A DNA stretch of 64,000 bases, taken from Iphione sp. A-MEVVRFRX5 (lineage: Eukaryota). This document shows positions 38,601 through 53,157 of this stretch, one piece after another. The stretch covers positions 59,830,001 to 59,894,000 of the forward strand of contig OZ320317.1 of the NCBI GenBank assembly GCA_976226885.1. Reading direction: 5' to 3'. The notes beneath the pieces were generated by a model. The model saw only the letters and a program-made list of their open reading frames with translations. It was not told the DNA's origin and did no database searches. Each line of letters starts with the position of its first letter. The stretch's first letter is position 1. The translations under genes and the position numbers were made by a program.

Positions 38601-41600
38601 CAGACTGGAGCAGGAGGAGATATGGGGAGTGAGAGATAATCAATCAAAATAAAAGTAGGCAGGGTTCTCAGATGATGGCATGCCGCGAAGAACGTGTGCT
38701 AATTAAACAATAGCTGTGTAATAAAGCTGTCTTTCCGTGTGCTTGGATAAAGACAGTGGGTGACACGCCCGGTCTGTAATAAACGTAGTGCTACTAGTGG
38801 CTACTGACCCTCTATTAAGTGTAGCGAGGAAAAAAGAACTCTTTTATTTTGACCATACTGTGAAAAGACAGGAGGATCATCTATAAGGTCATGATCACAT
38901 GGTACTGTGCTGCACGCTGTTATTATCTATCACTAATTATCCCTTTAACATCTGGTAGCGTATTCATTAATGACCAACATTTACATTGTCGGAGAACCAT
39001 ATGGATTTAATGTACAGGCCAATATAAAACTAGGTCACAAGGAAATGCAATGGTGACGGGTAGAAATAATCCATGTAAGACTTTACTGGTTTGGAGGGGT
39101 ATTTCTCTTGGTAAAGAGGATGTATGGTAGCAGTAGCCTTTCTGCTTTATTTAGAATAGACTGGTCGACAGCTGATTAAACAACCAAATAGTTCCTGACC
39201 TCAATAGCAACGCTGACCTTGAGCGTTCTTCAACACGGAAGGAGAAGGTTTATACGAAGCACAGAATCCTGACTAATTTTCCAACATACTTTTACTTCCA
39301 TAGGCACTTGTGAATCTACCTACCTTCTGACTTCCCCCAATTCAAACGAGAATTTGTTTTACAGACTCTAAAATGTAGAATGGTTTTAAACTGTCAGGTC
39401 GGAAAATAAATATATCAGAATTGTGAAACAGGTAACCTTACCGGCAGGCAGATTATCTTCGCCGTGGTCCAGTTTGAAGAGGGTCCACTTGAATTGTACG
39501 CCACTGGCTTGGTAGCCTGGTGGGAGCTGTGCTTCGACCACGAACCGCTGGTCTGAATTTATGATGCCATCCTCACACTCGGCACACAAGAGGGTCACAC
39601 TGAATAAAACAAATCTGATTGTGAACATGGACTCGCACAAAACGGGGCACTGCAGCTGCTGATACGTGACGCAAGAGTATTGATCCGGCATACAGAAGCA
39701 CTTGTACCAACATTAAGCGAAAAAACCACCAAAAGACACGATGGATCGTCAATAGATTCAAAAATATTTTCATGGAAAAAGGGGGCCTTTTGGGAGTTAT
39801 TCTGAACCACGAGAATTGATATCAATGTCATCCATTCTTTGTATTATGTTCACAGAACCTATACATCAGTCAACGGTCACTTACTCTATGGTTTCCCGTT
39901 TAGTCATTTCGACCACCTGAGTGGCGGCCTTAGAGTCAGGAAGGCCCGGGCGCGAGATGGTCAGATTGAAGACGAATTCATCGTACGTGCTGTTGAATGT
40001 GTTTCCTAGCAGCCGCAGAACCGCCGACTTCGTGGCCAATCTCACTTCAGAGCTGTTGGCGAAGCATGACGTTCCTGGCTTGATCAGTTTGTAGCAAATC
40101 CAGTTGAACCTGTAACAAAAAACAACAACAAATCATAACACTGCCAGTTTAGTCCAGCGTGTCCTTCTCCTTTGCTGTGGTCTTGTTAACATCAAGTAGA
40201 ACCTGTTTATTGAATAACAAACACGAAAAATACAATGTATTCTGATTAGAACTTCCGCTGCTAAATGCAATCTAAGTGTAAACAGCTGGACTGATACATC
40301 AATTCAGAATAATCCTGCTAGAGAAGTTTGAGAGACGGCGATCTGAGTTTGCTAGGAACAAGACAACTGCCGACCCACACAGCTGAAGCTACCGCTAAAT
40401 CTATGCCCAAACCAACTCATGCTATAACCAGCCGACCCATTCACACCTGAAGACGTCGTCTCTAAACCCTCGCATACACGGCTTTATTTCATTGGAATGA
40501 TTTCGAAAGGGATAGTTTCGGATATGAAGTGTTCGACAATTAAGTTCTGTACGCAGATATATATATATATAATAACAGACAAAATTACAATTCTCTAAGG
40601 GCTGATTTCGTCATCTCTCTTCTCAGTTACAAAAGGGTAAACATAAATCTAGTATATCAAGAAAAGCTATTATTTTTAATTTGAGGCAAAGTGAACGTTG
40701 TGAAGTACAACTTATTTTCTTCTCTGAGTACTTCCAACTTAAGGTCGCACTCCGGAATTCCTGAGTATACATTAGATTTATATAAATTGTACATGCACGT
40801 TAAAAAATATTTTCCCAGAATATCAGCCTCAATTCAGGGAAATTAATTCCTCAAACCAAGAACACAGAGATAATCTAAGTGATGGGCACCACATACGAAC
40901 CAAAAATAATCCCCTGCGGTCCAGATCTATGATCCTCAATCTCATTTTTCTTGACTTACTTCAATACCTTTCCGTGGCTAATGAAGTGAGACGCTTACGT
41001 GATGTCAGTGGCGTTTGGGTAGTCTGGGTCGTGTGAGGCTGAGGCATCCATGACAACCGTATCAGTCCGCTGCACAGTGCGCATCAGACCACCCTTGATG
41101 ACGGCCAGTAGAGGCGCCGGCTTCACCTGAACACTGATAGAGCGCTCTGTATGCACCGACGTCCCCTTCATCTCCACCTACAAGATGCATCTCCATCATC
41201 ACTGCTCACAGTCACCACATAAAGCCGTCACCTCCACAGGTACATGCAGTAGCTTTCAATCTGGAGGTGACCAAGCAATAAACACACAGGCAGGTCATAT
41301 TCACCTGAAAACCATCAGTGTAGTATCCAGTATTACACAGGCCCACCACACGCAGTATTCACCCTGGAGTGGTTACTACCAATAGACCTTGTGCTCTTCC
41401 TGGAGTCATCACTGGTGAACTTCATGAAAGAAGCGACCACCTATACGTGTGGCATTCATCCAATGCTATCACTACTGATACAGTAAAGTACTGGTGGACA
41501 TCTGAAAGTCATCACTAATGGGCTATCATTCTTCACCTATTTAATCACCTCGGAGTGCCTATCACTAACACACTATGCAGTTCATTACTCAAATAATTTC

Positions 41601-44600
41601 TCTCAGAAAGATCTAAGGAAATCAAATTCACGGTATACGAACAGTGTACTCTTTGTACGCTTAAGCTTAGCCTACTATGACTGCCTTCTTGCATCTCTCT
41701 CGAATTGCTATGGTCGAACTTTGGAGTCCACACACAGGATACAGTTAATTACTGAAATCATTTCACTCATAATGATCTAAGGTAATTAAATTCACAGTGA
41801 ATGGATAATGTACTCTGTGTACGCTTAGTATACTATGAATGCTTCCATGTACCTTCCTGGAAGTGTCTAGTCTCTCCATTTGCTATGCGTACCTTTAGCC
41901 CTATGGTATAGTTGCCATGGTCCAGTGAGTAGCGGGGCAGGAAGAGAATGGGGTCACCCAACACCTTTTTCAGCGCCTCTTTTGACAGGCCCGAAGGTTG
42001 GACGTGCCGAAGACTGTCCCTTTCTTGCAGGGTCCAACTGTAGAGAGTCACTGCAGTGATGCTGCAGTTGATCTTCACCGCTGTCTCTATCTTGAGCTCC
42101 TGGCCTCGGGTCACTGTCCGCACCTTCACACTGGCAACCTGCAGCAGGTCCACGTCGGGTGGTCTGCAAGGTTCGTTCAGCACGAACACTTGCATGGAGG
42201 CCGACCTGTTGCTCAAATGGTTTTCGGCGAGCACGCTGACAACGTATTTTCCAACCCTGTAGGGTAAGACGAGAAAATGGGAGAAGTAGCTAGTATTGTG
42301 GTTAGTACATCATCTGATTGATGATGGGGCACCGCCGTTATATGGGATGGCGGGTGAACATTTTTGCAAGTGTTGGAGATCAGAAAAGAATGTTTGCTCG
42401 GGAAAATAAGGATAACAAATATGATCGACCGGGAGGAGGGGGATGTTCCAGCAAATCAATCACACCGTCTGTGTGTAAATGTCATTTACAACGTAGCTTA
42501 CCAACTTTCAAGCCTCACGCAGCCTAACGCACGCTCAGTCAAAAGACAGCCCTCAATAGTTTCAGCTTGCTCAATAAAAATACAGCCTAACGCAGCCCAA
42601 CGCAGCCTAACACACACGGACACGAAATACATTTACGGAAACCGAGCCTATCCACTGTCACCCGTTCACTCATTGAATCATTCATTCACACACACACGCA
42701 TAATCACACACAATCACACAGAGCGTCCTTCACTCACCTGGTGTAGTTGTGGGAAATGTTCTGCTGGGTGGTGACCACCTTATGGTGATCACCAAAGTCC
42801 CAGTGGTAGGTGACGTTGCTGCCTTCGTAGTGATAAACCTCAAAGACGAGCGGTCGTCCAGTGAGGGCATCGCCCCTGTGGCTCAGCTGCAGGCGCGTTA
42901 TGGGCTCGACGATCTCCACCAAAAGGGGCGCCGAGCGCCGACGGCTGACCGCATTGACGGCAATCACGTGCACCAAATACCTACATACGGGGTGAAGAAT
43001 TAGGAGTGGAACAGATAGACACATACCTTAAATAAGTACGTACTAGTGAAAGATGTAGCTGGTCACCCCTGCACCCATCCCCGCACCCAGTCCATCCCAT
43101 CCACCTCAACTCCCCAGTCTACCCCATTCAACCCCATCCCCCAAACCCCCGTCTACCCCATCCACCCCCACCCCTACTCCCAAACTCCTTCCCCCATCCA
43201 CCCCGACTCCATCCAACTTCCGGTCTACCCCATCGACCTCCACTTCCCCAACCCCCTAGTCTACCCCATTCACCCATACTCGCCCTTTGTGATCAGGGTG
43301 TGATGAAGGGTCAAATAACTGCTCTAGGTGGACGGCAGAGCTCACAAAAGTACAACCTGACTAACGAAATCTTGCCAATGGTATTCTGAGTGTAATACAT
43401 ATATATAAAAACTTTTTTCATAGAATATTGCCAGCCTCCATAAATACCCTTATATCGTTATATTGTTGTACTTCAAACTGTTATTTCAAAAGTCATTACA
43501 ATATATATTCCTTATAATGCATGTGATCTTTTTTCTCTGCATATTAAAGCTATCGGACCCATTATTAATTCTGCTTCCTACGATAGAGCATGTGGATGTA
43601 GAGAGGAAAATACCTTTATCGCTACGTCTGGTTGATACTGAGGTTATGCTTTATGAAAAAATAAAATAATGCGGTAAAGACCCGATTTCTTTAAGAAAAT
43701 CACCCTGTAGTCATTAGCTTCTAGTGCATTCCTGTCCATATAGTCAAAATGACTGACCTCCTGCAGCCGAAAATATAATCTAAACAATACTGTAATGGTG
43801 GAATTCTTGCAAAAAGACTACAGGTACCCTCTAAAATATTCTTCTGACGTAGCCGAGCCAATACTTAGTCAAAAAGAAAATAAGCAAATCTACACGGGAT
43901 ATTACGTTTCCTCTTATTTGATAGATTTTAAAGCCAATATATGATGTTCCAGAGGGTAGCAAGAGGGTGATGAACACACCTGCCCGGATGCTTGAAGATG
44001 TGCGCAGTCATTGCGTTTCCATCTTCTGGGCGGCCGTTCAGCTCCCCAAAGTCCCACGTAAATCTGGCGCCATGTTCCTCCTCCTCTTGCTCTGAACGGA
44101 CAGTAGCCTGTAAAAGGACAATACAGTGCAGAATGAGTAAAGAAACATACAGTGTATTCTAGAAACTCTCCTGGATGCAATCGTTTCAAAACAACGTATA
44201 AGGTAATTGAATAGGAGGGAAGATTAGATCATGTTTCAGATGCCGGCGCGTAATGGTTCGATGTCGCCTGCATGAGCTGGGCAGGGTTTGAGGAGGGTAC
44301 ACTATGTATGTCATTCAACACGTGTGTCAAATGAGAATAAACATAAACATGTAGGTGTATAACAATTTGCAAGTATTAAGACAGTATTAAACTTCTTCGT
44401 TTAAGTATACGGGAGCGAACTATGACCAAATATGCCTCTTGGAAACACAATCTATGCATTGCTGTACAGCATCTCTCTTAGCATATTATATATAAATACA
44501 CGTATATATAAACTGAAGTCCTTTGGAGTGACTGACTCGGAATACGTACAATAAATATGATGCTACGCATATTGGAATGGTACAGTTGCGCCCCTTCAAC

Positions 44601-47600
44601 GGTCACGGTAACGTCCAGTATACGCGTCACGACGCCTACAAGCGCTTCCAGTCTCACTTCGCCAACCAGGTTATAGCACCTGACGACAAACTGGTAGCGA
44701 TCCGGGCGGCGGTACCTGTGACGAACACTGGGACCTGGTGTGATACGAAGGGTATCACAGGAATGGGAGAGAAAAAGGTATTTTGAGTGAATACTCATAT
44801 AAAACTACAATGTAACGCTATGCACACTGCGGATAGACTGTAATCTAAGCGACAGATTGACATCAGAACACAACTACACATGTATTTTACTTGATATATT
44901 TGTAAAGCACAAAGTGGACATAGCCACTTCGTGGAGTGTCCTTAAGCGTGGAAGGAGTACGACGTTTCACTGCACAGAAAGAATATGATAACGTTTAAAA
45001 GAAAGTGGATTCCACCTACGCATGGATGGTGTAGCGAACAAGTATTTGTACGGTGCTAATCGTGGGTATTTCAGTAGATCTTATAACTAAGTTATTATAC
45101 ACAGAAAGCTCCCATGCATAGATATAGATCATATAATCCGTTTAACCCCCCCCCCCCAAAAAAAAAAAAAGAAAATGTGACGGGATGCACCGTGGTCATA
45201 GCTAGATTCTCTACAAATGTTCCTTTTCCTTGCCTCTGTTTTTGAATTGCGTCTGGTCGCCCATAGACCAGTCAAACATGATGTCACTTCCGCTACGACA
45301 GGTGACGTTCACTAGGAAGTCCTCGCCATAGGGAACGTTAAAAGGTTGTCCTTGTACCAGGCGGCAATCTTGTGGAGGGAACTGGATGTAAAATTCAGCG
45401 ATGGTTGCTGTTACGTTTCCAAGGGGATTGCTGGCAGTTACGCTAACAGGGTATACTCCCTCTGAAAAAAAGACATGATGGCTGTTAGACTCAAATTAAG
45501 TATTCCCCCGATAAAAAAGACCGTATGAATATGAGTCAAGCAAGAAAACTAATATGTTGCTGAGAGGTAACTTATGCACAGATACAAATGCAAGTCTAAA
45601 ATACTGGCGTAGACAAAACCGTATTTATACATTTACAACAGTAACAGCAATAAGTCTGAAGTTAGGTACACAGGGAAGAAATAAGGGCAATACTCGTCTG
45701 TTTCCTGCAGTTCTACTCGTTTTCAGGCCTAACCCTTTTGGCCCGATACATGCACTTCATGCATGGACCCATTAACTGAGAAACTGATTTTTAATGGTAC
45801 GGCCCTGCAGAAAATATTCCGAACATGAAAAGTGAGGCTTCTTCCTGAGAAGAGACCTAGACTATTCATATGCCCGGAGATATAACCTTCTTTTAGGAGT
45901 TACCATTAACATGTTTCATTAGGCCAAGTGGCGATGTCGACACATCTCGGAGGAACACCCGAACTGTTCAGAACCTAAAAGGGCAGAGGTGGCTGGGGAC
46001 TAACGCTATCAACACTTCACTGTTTGCCATTCGTTAATTGCTCCTGATTACTTCACTATGCAGACCAGAGAAGGGCAACCGACGCGGTGACGTCATCGTC
46101 ACACAGGCCACGTGCCCTTCTGCCTGCGCATGCGTCCGAAATGCAGATGACATTAAATAAGAGGTGTCCTTTGTTAAACACTGTCAGCCACAGTGGGTGT
46201 GGGGCTTTTTCATTCTCACTTGTTTTCAGTCGTGTTTTTTATTGGTATTTTTTCTGTCGAGGGCGGCGGATGCTGAGCGGATTATTTCAGATAATTGTTG
46301 TCCGTCGCCACTCCCACTGCCAGCTTTAGATTGGCCTCATTAATAGCAATAGGAGAAAACATGGCCACGCCGTTTAAAGGAACATCGTTTGTGCTTAGCT
46401 TTGCGGTTGCCCACAAGGCGCCAGCTCTCTTTGGGCCCCGGCGACCATTCCTATTATTAGATGACTACTTGCGGTCGCCCTTAAACTGGCCCAGAAGAGG
46501 GCTAATGGGTCACTTTGCAAGTTTTACTACTCCTATCGACACGGCCCCTTTTTCTGAGCCTTTCTTTTACCCTTGGAAAGATGTCAAGGGCGTTTGAAAC
46601 AAATTAACAAAGTGGGAGCGAAAACGAACACTCATTAAGGTAAAAAAAATATCGACACAGCTTTTTGATAGCATGCCTTTTCTAATTTGATTATAATGAT
46701 GGGGGTAAGACTTCGCCTACTTACTTTTTTGCTTTGTTTTTCACTTAGGACGCGTTTGTTTGTCGTTAGGGATACTTACAAACTTAACGTTTGATGACCA
46801 CTTTTATAGGGACGAGGATGGTGGTAAGGAACTATTTCTAGAATGCCTCCCTGAGAAAACTTCTGATGAGATAGGTTGTCTTAATATAATGTGACCCATT
46901 ATGGGCTCTGCCGCTGGTGTACACTAGAGGCAGGTAATGCCAGCACATAGTCCAGATAGGGAATCAATTAAAATTCTTTCCTTTCTTCCTTGTGGCACTG
47001 AACATCACAAGTATCCACGCAACAACGTCTTTCCAATTGGGACATCTGAAACCCAATGCCGCGAAGAAATGTGAAGGATTTAGGGGGAAAACTTCGACTC
47101 AAACGAAATGGTAATGCACTGCTCGGAGCAGGTATGTAAACATCAAAGTAGGAAATAACCAGGCATTAAGATCAAGTTCTACCTTGAGCCGTATCTTTTC
47201 TACGTTTTCCGAAAAAGCTGGCCATAGAGATTCACGATTTCTTTCACATGTACATTTGGTTTGTTACTGTTCCATGTAAATATTTTTCTCCTTCCTTTGC
47301 TGTATACCGTGCAGCATTTTTCTTTACTGGGTAAAAGATTTTATCTACCGGATAATCGGTGTGCTGTAAAGGCTATCTTGTGGTACGTTTGGCCAATCCG
47401 TAGACAGTCTGATACTTATTACGCGAGCAGAGAATGCCTGTGTAATGCTGACAGTGGTCACCTAATGCAACCCCTTCTTGGTTCCTGTTAATCAGACAAT
47501 ACTACTACATGTACATGTACCTTACAACTATTTAGGCCAGCCTCAGCATTTTAGCTGCCCCAGTCCAGACTCCATTCTAGTGCGGAGCCACAGGTGGACG

Positions 47601-50600
47601 AGGGGACGTAGACACATGTACATATGGAAGAGGGGATGTAGATACAAATGGAAAATGGGATGTAGATATTATGGTCATCCCCTGGGCATGTATCATCTGA
47701 TATATAAAAAGTACATTCCAAAGCCAATGACGATCGCACGGTACAGGGGGTCTAAGCCATTGTATGGTGGTGCACAGTATGATGGCCTGGTAATGCAGAA
47801 CACCTCCTAACTGACTACTTACCGGCTGTGTACACGTGAGTCACTTGGGCCCTGACGGAGTCGATGTGGTCCCTTTTACCGACAGACGTATAGGTATGTC
47901 CGTCCCCAAAATCGAAGACAAACGTCACCCCTGATCCTTTTTCACATCTACAATATATCAAGCAAAGAGGGTGTGATGCCCATATTGTTGATTTTCCCCT
48001 TGACCATGTTTCATTTGCTCATAGCCATTCTTAAGTTTTATTTCATATTGTAAAGCAGGAATGTCACAACGTCTGATGGAGAGCATCCTATCATTGGAGA
48101 TTTGGAAAACGTAGCCTTGATTATAGGACAAACATAAGGGAACTGCCAAGAAGCAAAACGTCCAGAACACATCAGGAAAAAAATTAAACGATGTAGATTA
48201 AATAGAGGATGGATTTCTTTCTCTATTTAAGTAATGTTCAATGTGGAAGATTCGTCCCGTCTTACATGGCAACAAAGGTGGCGGTTGCTTCGCTTCTGTT
48301 TCCGCGTGGCTGCAGCCGCGCGGCCGAGTATTCATTAGGCCCGACCAGTCGTAGGTCGCTAATAGCTTGTACAACCTGCAGGAGGTGGTCGAGATTGCCG
48401 TAGACGTAGGTGTTAATGTTGACAGCGTAGGACACGAGGACACTGACGTTGTACATGCCCACCCTGTCGACTTCGAAGCTGGCTCGGCTACTGGTACCAT
48501 TACTGAAAAGGGCAGAAGTAGGTTTACTGCAAAAAATACATGTACATAGCCGAGTTCTTTTTATGATTACGTATACCCAAATAATGTATAGTGATAACCT
48601 CTACATGTGTGTTAACTAGACATTTTATACCATATTCCCGGGGCTAATCTAAAATGGGATAATATCAAATAATATGTCTGGCATAATTTTATTTTGATTG
48701 CCTCAGCATTTCCTTTACCTTTCTACATCATGTTCGACAAAGCCTAATCCGGCGTTTTGGATAATCCAATCAAATGTCAGGTTTCTACCCGTCTGCACTG
48801 TGGCAAGCACGACAACTTCTGTTCCAAGTTCAACGATTGGCCCTTGTTTGGCGGTTAGTACGACATCGGTGATTGGCTCCTCTATGAGCACCACCTTCCG
48901 GTTGCGACGGGCACTAACGGCGTTGGAGACGTTGATGTCGGCCCGGAAGCTTCCGACGCTTGTGTAGTCGTGTGTCAAGCGGTAGATAATAGTTGGCCCG
49001 TGCTGCCCCCTGGCTGCCCTTGCCAGCTGCTCAGGTTTCAGCTGCGACGCCTGCAGCAGCTGGACTCCCGATCCGTCACCAAAGTCCACACTCAGAGTAC
49101 TCATTGGGCCTCCGTGCACTGTGAGGACAAGTGTTGCCGGCCGGCCTAACAGCGACGGTTCTGCTGTGACGTCGAACCGCCCAATTGGGTACTGGACTAG
49201 GACCGTACGGGTCAGGTTATGGGCCGACAAAGTGTTACTGACCCGCACCGTTACGTTATATGTCCCAGCTTCCTCGAACCGCCACCTCAGCTGTAACGCG
49301 GAGCAACATAGCATAACCTTTCTTTAGTTGAGGCAGTATTGTTAAGATACATGTAAAAATATGGTACATCAGGAAATGTATCATCAAAGAAAACTGTCCT
49401 ACACTGTTCCTGTTTCATAGTAAAGCAGCACCCTGACAAGAAAAAGTATACCTTCTACCAGTGTACAAGACACAAGGTATTCGACGTGAACACAATACCT
49501 TCTGGGGATATGGGAATTATACATGTATAAAGCCAAAATTTCCTGGATGATTGACCCAGTTATCAATGCAATATGTCAAGTTCAAATCCTGTAATACCTA
49601 AAGGTCCACCAGGTCCAGAGTGGTGGTAAGTTGGAAGGGAAATCTAACAACATTCAGAAGTTCCCTACCAAAGTACAGAGGAAAAGAGGAACAAGGAAAA
49701 TTATACTGCACACATGCAGCCAAGAGAAGCACAGCTCTTTTATACGTGACCCGCCAGTTCTCACGTTGCTGTATTAAAGTGATCGTTTTTAAATAAATGA
49801 AGGTCTGCACACATATAGGATTCTAATCAAACATGTCCATATTTTGACTTGCGCGCCTATCCACTGAGTGGCGATATACATCAGATTCATACATGGCTAT
49901 GTTTCCTGTCACAAAATACCGCCAGGGAAAACAGAAAATAAGCGACACTGGAGGATATCTCTACAATTTCTTATCGTTCGTAGTTATAATTCATTTTTCC
50001 CCAGAACTAGATGTCCACTTCGCAATCTGCCTGCTACTTGAAATCAAGCTCTTTTAGCCTCTATTTTGATGGGAGCGGAGGCCATGGACACAGTACAAAG
50101 CAAAGATGCAATTAAATGGGAAGCACACAATAAAGCCATGGAAATGGGCAAACTTTTTAAAGATGATAACTCCAAGTAGGAGGAGGAGGACAGAGAATGA
50201 CAGAATGAAGGGGAAAAGAGGATATGAGGTAGAATGGACGGGGCTGAGTAGACTCGTCTAGTCCTTCTGGAAGAGTCCATCAGGACCCGGCTATTTGACA
50301 CCACTTTATCTCTATTTATGTGTATGAATAGCGGCAGGGACATGGGCCAGTGGGCGGGCCCGACACCCTGCTACGACGACTGCCGCGTTAATAAATAAGA
50401 TTCTTACACAAGTTGACCTCCAGAAAGGCTCATTGATAGCGAGCGGTTAGCAGTAATGCGACCCTTTTCGTCGATCAAATCTCGGAGAAAATCGAGTTTG
50501 GAGCAGGTGTAGAACGGGTTCTGCCTGTCGGGGAAGGAGGTGGGGTGGCGTGATGGGACAGGAATGGAGAAGGGCAGAGGGCAACAGTGAGTGTAGCGAT

Positions 50601-51907
50601 GAAATGCGATGGTATTGAGGGCTGGGGGTGCCACAAGGACTAGGTCAAGGAACAAGTTTTATATTTGCATAGTAGCCGGCATGTCATCCTAGACCGAAAA
50701 TATCATAACCAGTGAGCGAGCAGCTAGTCTGAAGTCGCCAGGGATGTAGAGGACCGCGATGGGTACCTCCTAACATCATTTCATCATTCGAACGAGAAAA
50801 TACACTGTATATATACATATATTTATTGAAAATGTTAAATTTAAAGACCAAAAAAACTTTATTGAATGTAGTCAAAACTAGTGTCGTAGGCGCAACGAAT
50901 AGCCTACTTTGCAAATGACTGGTTCTTGTATATGGTGTTCATATATCAATAGGAGGGGATATTCACTTCTAGGATACGGAATGACCTGGCCTACTGACTT
51001 GTGTATTGTTTGCGCAGAAAGTGAGCAAAGTCAGTCCACAGAGCAAGGCCAACTCCCATTACTGCCTTCTTCTCTCACCCGTTTATCTCCCCTCTCATAA
51101 CTTGTTCACTTCCTCACACAAAGATACACTAATATATGACCTGTGCTTCCCCCATCAGCCAATGCTAAGCACGGCCTCTGCCCGAAGACTCCCGCCCGAC
51201 CCTTCGCGACGACTGATATCTTCTCACCTACTTGCTACATCCCTGTTCTCCCCCTCACTGGTCACATCCCGTGCGCCTAGGTATGGACCTCTATTGGCAT
51301 CTCTAGCCCTTATCCTGCAGTGCTTGCAATGTGACCGCTGGTAAATCCAGCAGAAACCAGTCACCCCTGCCAATGTTCAGGCCGGTGAGTACGGCCAGGG
51401 ACTTGGGACCTGTGTGGACGGCGACACGGTGGCCACTATCACTGGCCCCCCAACCCCCACCCCCCACCATGAAAATTCAATTCATTACTGGCGACACCGG
51501 CAGCGAGACTGGCAATTCAGGTACTCACACGACAGCCTCTCACTCTGTGGTCTCCTCCAGCTCAGAAGCGCCCATGGCCCACCCACCCCCGCACCCACCC
51601 AACCAATCTTGAATCCTTCCCTCTTCTTCCTTTTTCCCGGGTTTCTTGAGAAAGTAAAAGCAACATGGCAGGGAGGTGAAGCACTTGCCTCGTCACTCGG
51701 GCTGGGAAGAAGTGGTGGAGGTGGTGATGGTGGTGGTGGTGGTGTATGTGTGGATGGCTTTATAGGTGAGGTTATGTAAGCGTAGTTATAAACAGGCTCA
51801 TATATATATAATTTGAAATCTTTTATTTAACCTGGCGAAGGTTTATACATGTATATTCATCGTGATGCCTGCAGTGAAACTGCATCCAACAACATGGGTT
51901 TCTCTCT

Positions 51908-51961
<54 letters not shown>

Positions 51962-53121
51962 CTGCGTTGGGTAAGGTCCAGCTGCAGGGCGCTGACTGGG
52001 CCGGCCCGGCCGGATATGAAAGGCAAACCGCTTCCCATAAAAGGCGGTCTGGACAGGACGATGAAAACACTAATGCCGTGCTGAGGTAACGAGGCGGGAA
52101 AGCAAAGCGGTGAAGAGCGTCGAGGAAAAGACCGACACTGAGGCACACAGGACTTTCTAATAGGGATGTACTGAGGACAAAAAGAGCGCCACCAAGCGCT
52201 CCTTTGGTTACAACAACTAGCTGTCATGTGGGGTGGGGCGTGTGGGGGAGACATTCTCTACTAGTATGATTTCTTTTCGGTAAGCTTTCAAGCAGCTTAA
52301 GCTCTATCTCTAGGACTATAACCGATCCATGAGATATTAATTTTTTAATGTCACGTCACGTTATGACAACAATTACTGTCACTAGGTGAATTGTCTTTAG
52401 ATCGAATGTCGTAATATAAATGCATATCAGGTGCAAAATAAATGGGGCTGAATGTGCAAAATAACATACATGTAGGCCCTGAGATATATGTATGACATTT
52501 TATCAACAGCTCAGTTCAGCATTCATAGGTAAATATTCACCAAATATTCGGAGTGTATGTATATTCAAAAGAATAATATCCAAAATTGACTTCTGGCTTA
52601 CACTGGCAGATGAGATCAAGCCAATTGTGTTTTTTATGCACATCTTCTGAAACTTTCCTACCAACACATATCTCATATATATAATATTACCTCACCGTAA
52701 TATCCATCATGGTGAATACAAATATCGAGTGAAACAGGTGGTGACCCTGAAATGCGCCTTTCGGTGAATATTAATTCAATTCCAATCAAATGTTTATATT
52801 CATATCTTGAAAATACTATCAAGTTCTCCCTGTGAACACATTAACACTTACATCTGAGGTTTACATAGCTTGAGCTTCCTTCTAAAGACTTTAAAATCCT
52901 GAATGTTCTTTACATCCTCAGTAAGGCTATTCCATAACAACATACCTTGTCAAATAAACGTATTTTGATATTTCTTGGTCCTTAGCTTAAATGATTCAAT
53001 TGTCATTGATCTCCTGATCCTCCTTTTCTTTATTAGAGGAACTTGTCTCAAACAAGAATGGGTGCAGTACACGCTGTATGTGGAGGTTACACACTGTCTC
53101 TCCGTCTCTGTCTCTCTCTGT

Positions 53122-53157
<36 letters not shown>

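Noticed and set aside
44690-44720. Furin-like RYRR in a PKD domain
   Set aside because: Followed by Pro and located at the structural HxY position, so unlikely to be cleaved.
50408-50524. Minus-strand exon-like segment with a C-rich acceptor and GTAAGA donor
   Set aside because: Phase 2-to-2 inside a phase-0 intron, and no PKD similarity.
51280-51612. Plus-strand exon-like segment (acceptor CCTGCAG, donor GTGAGT) and overlapping ORFs
   Set aside because: Isolated, low-complexity and without homology.
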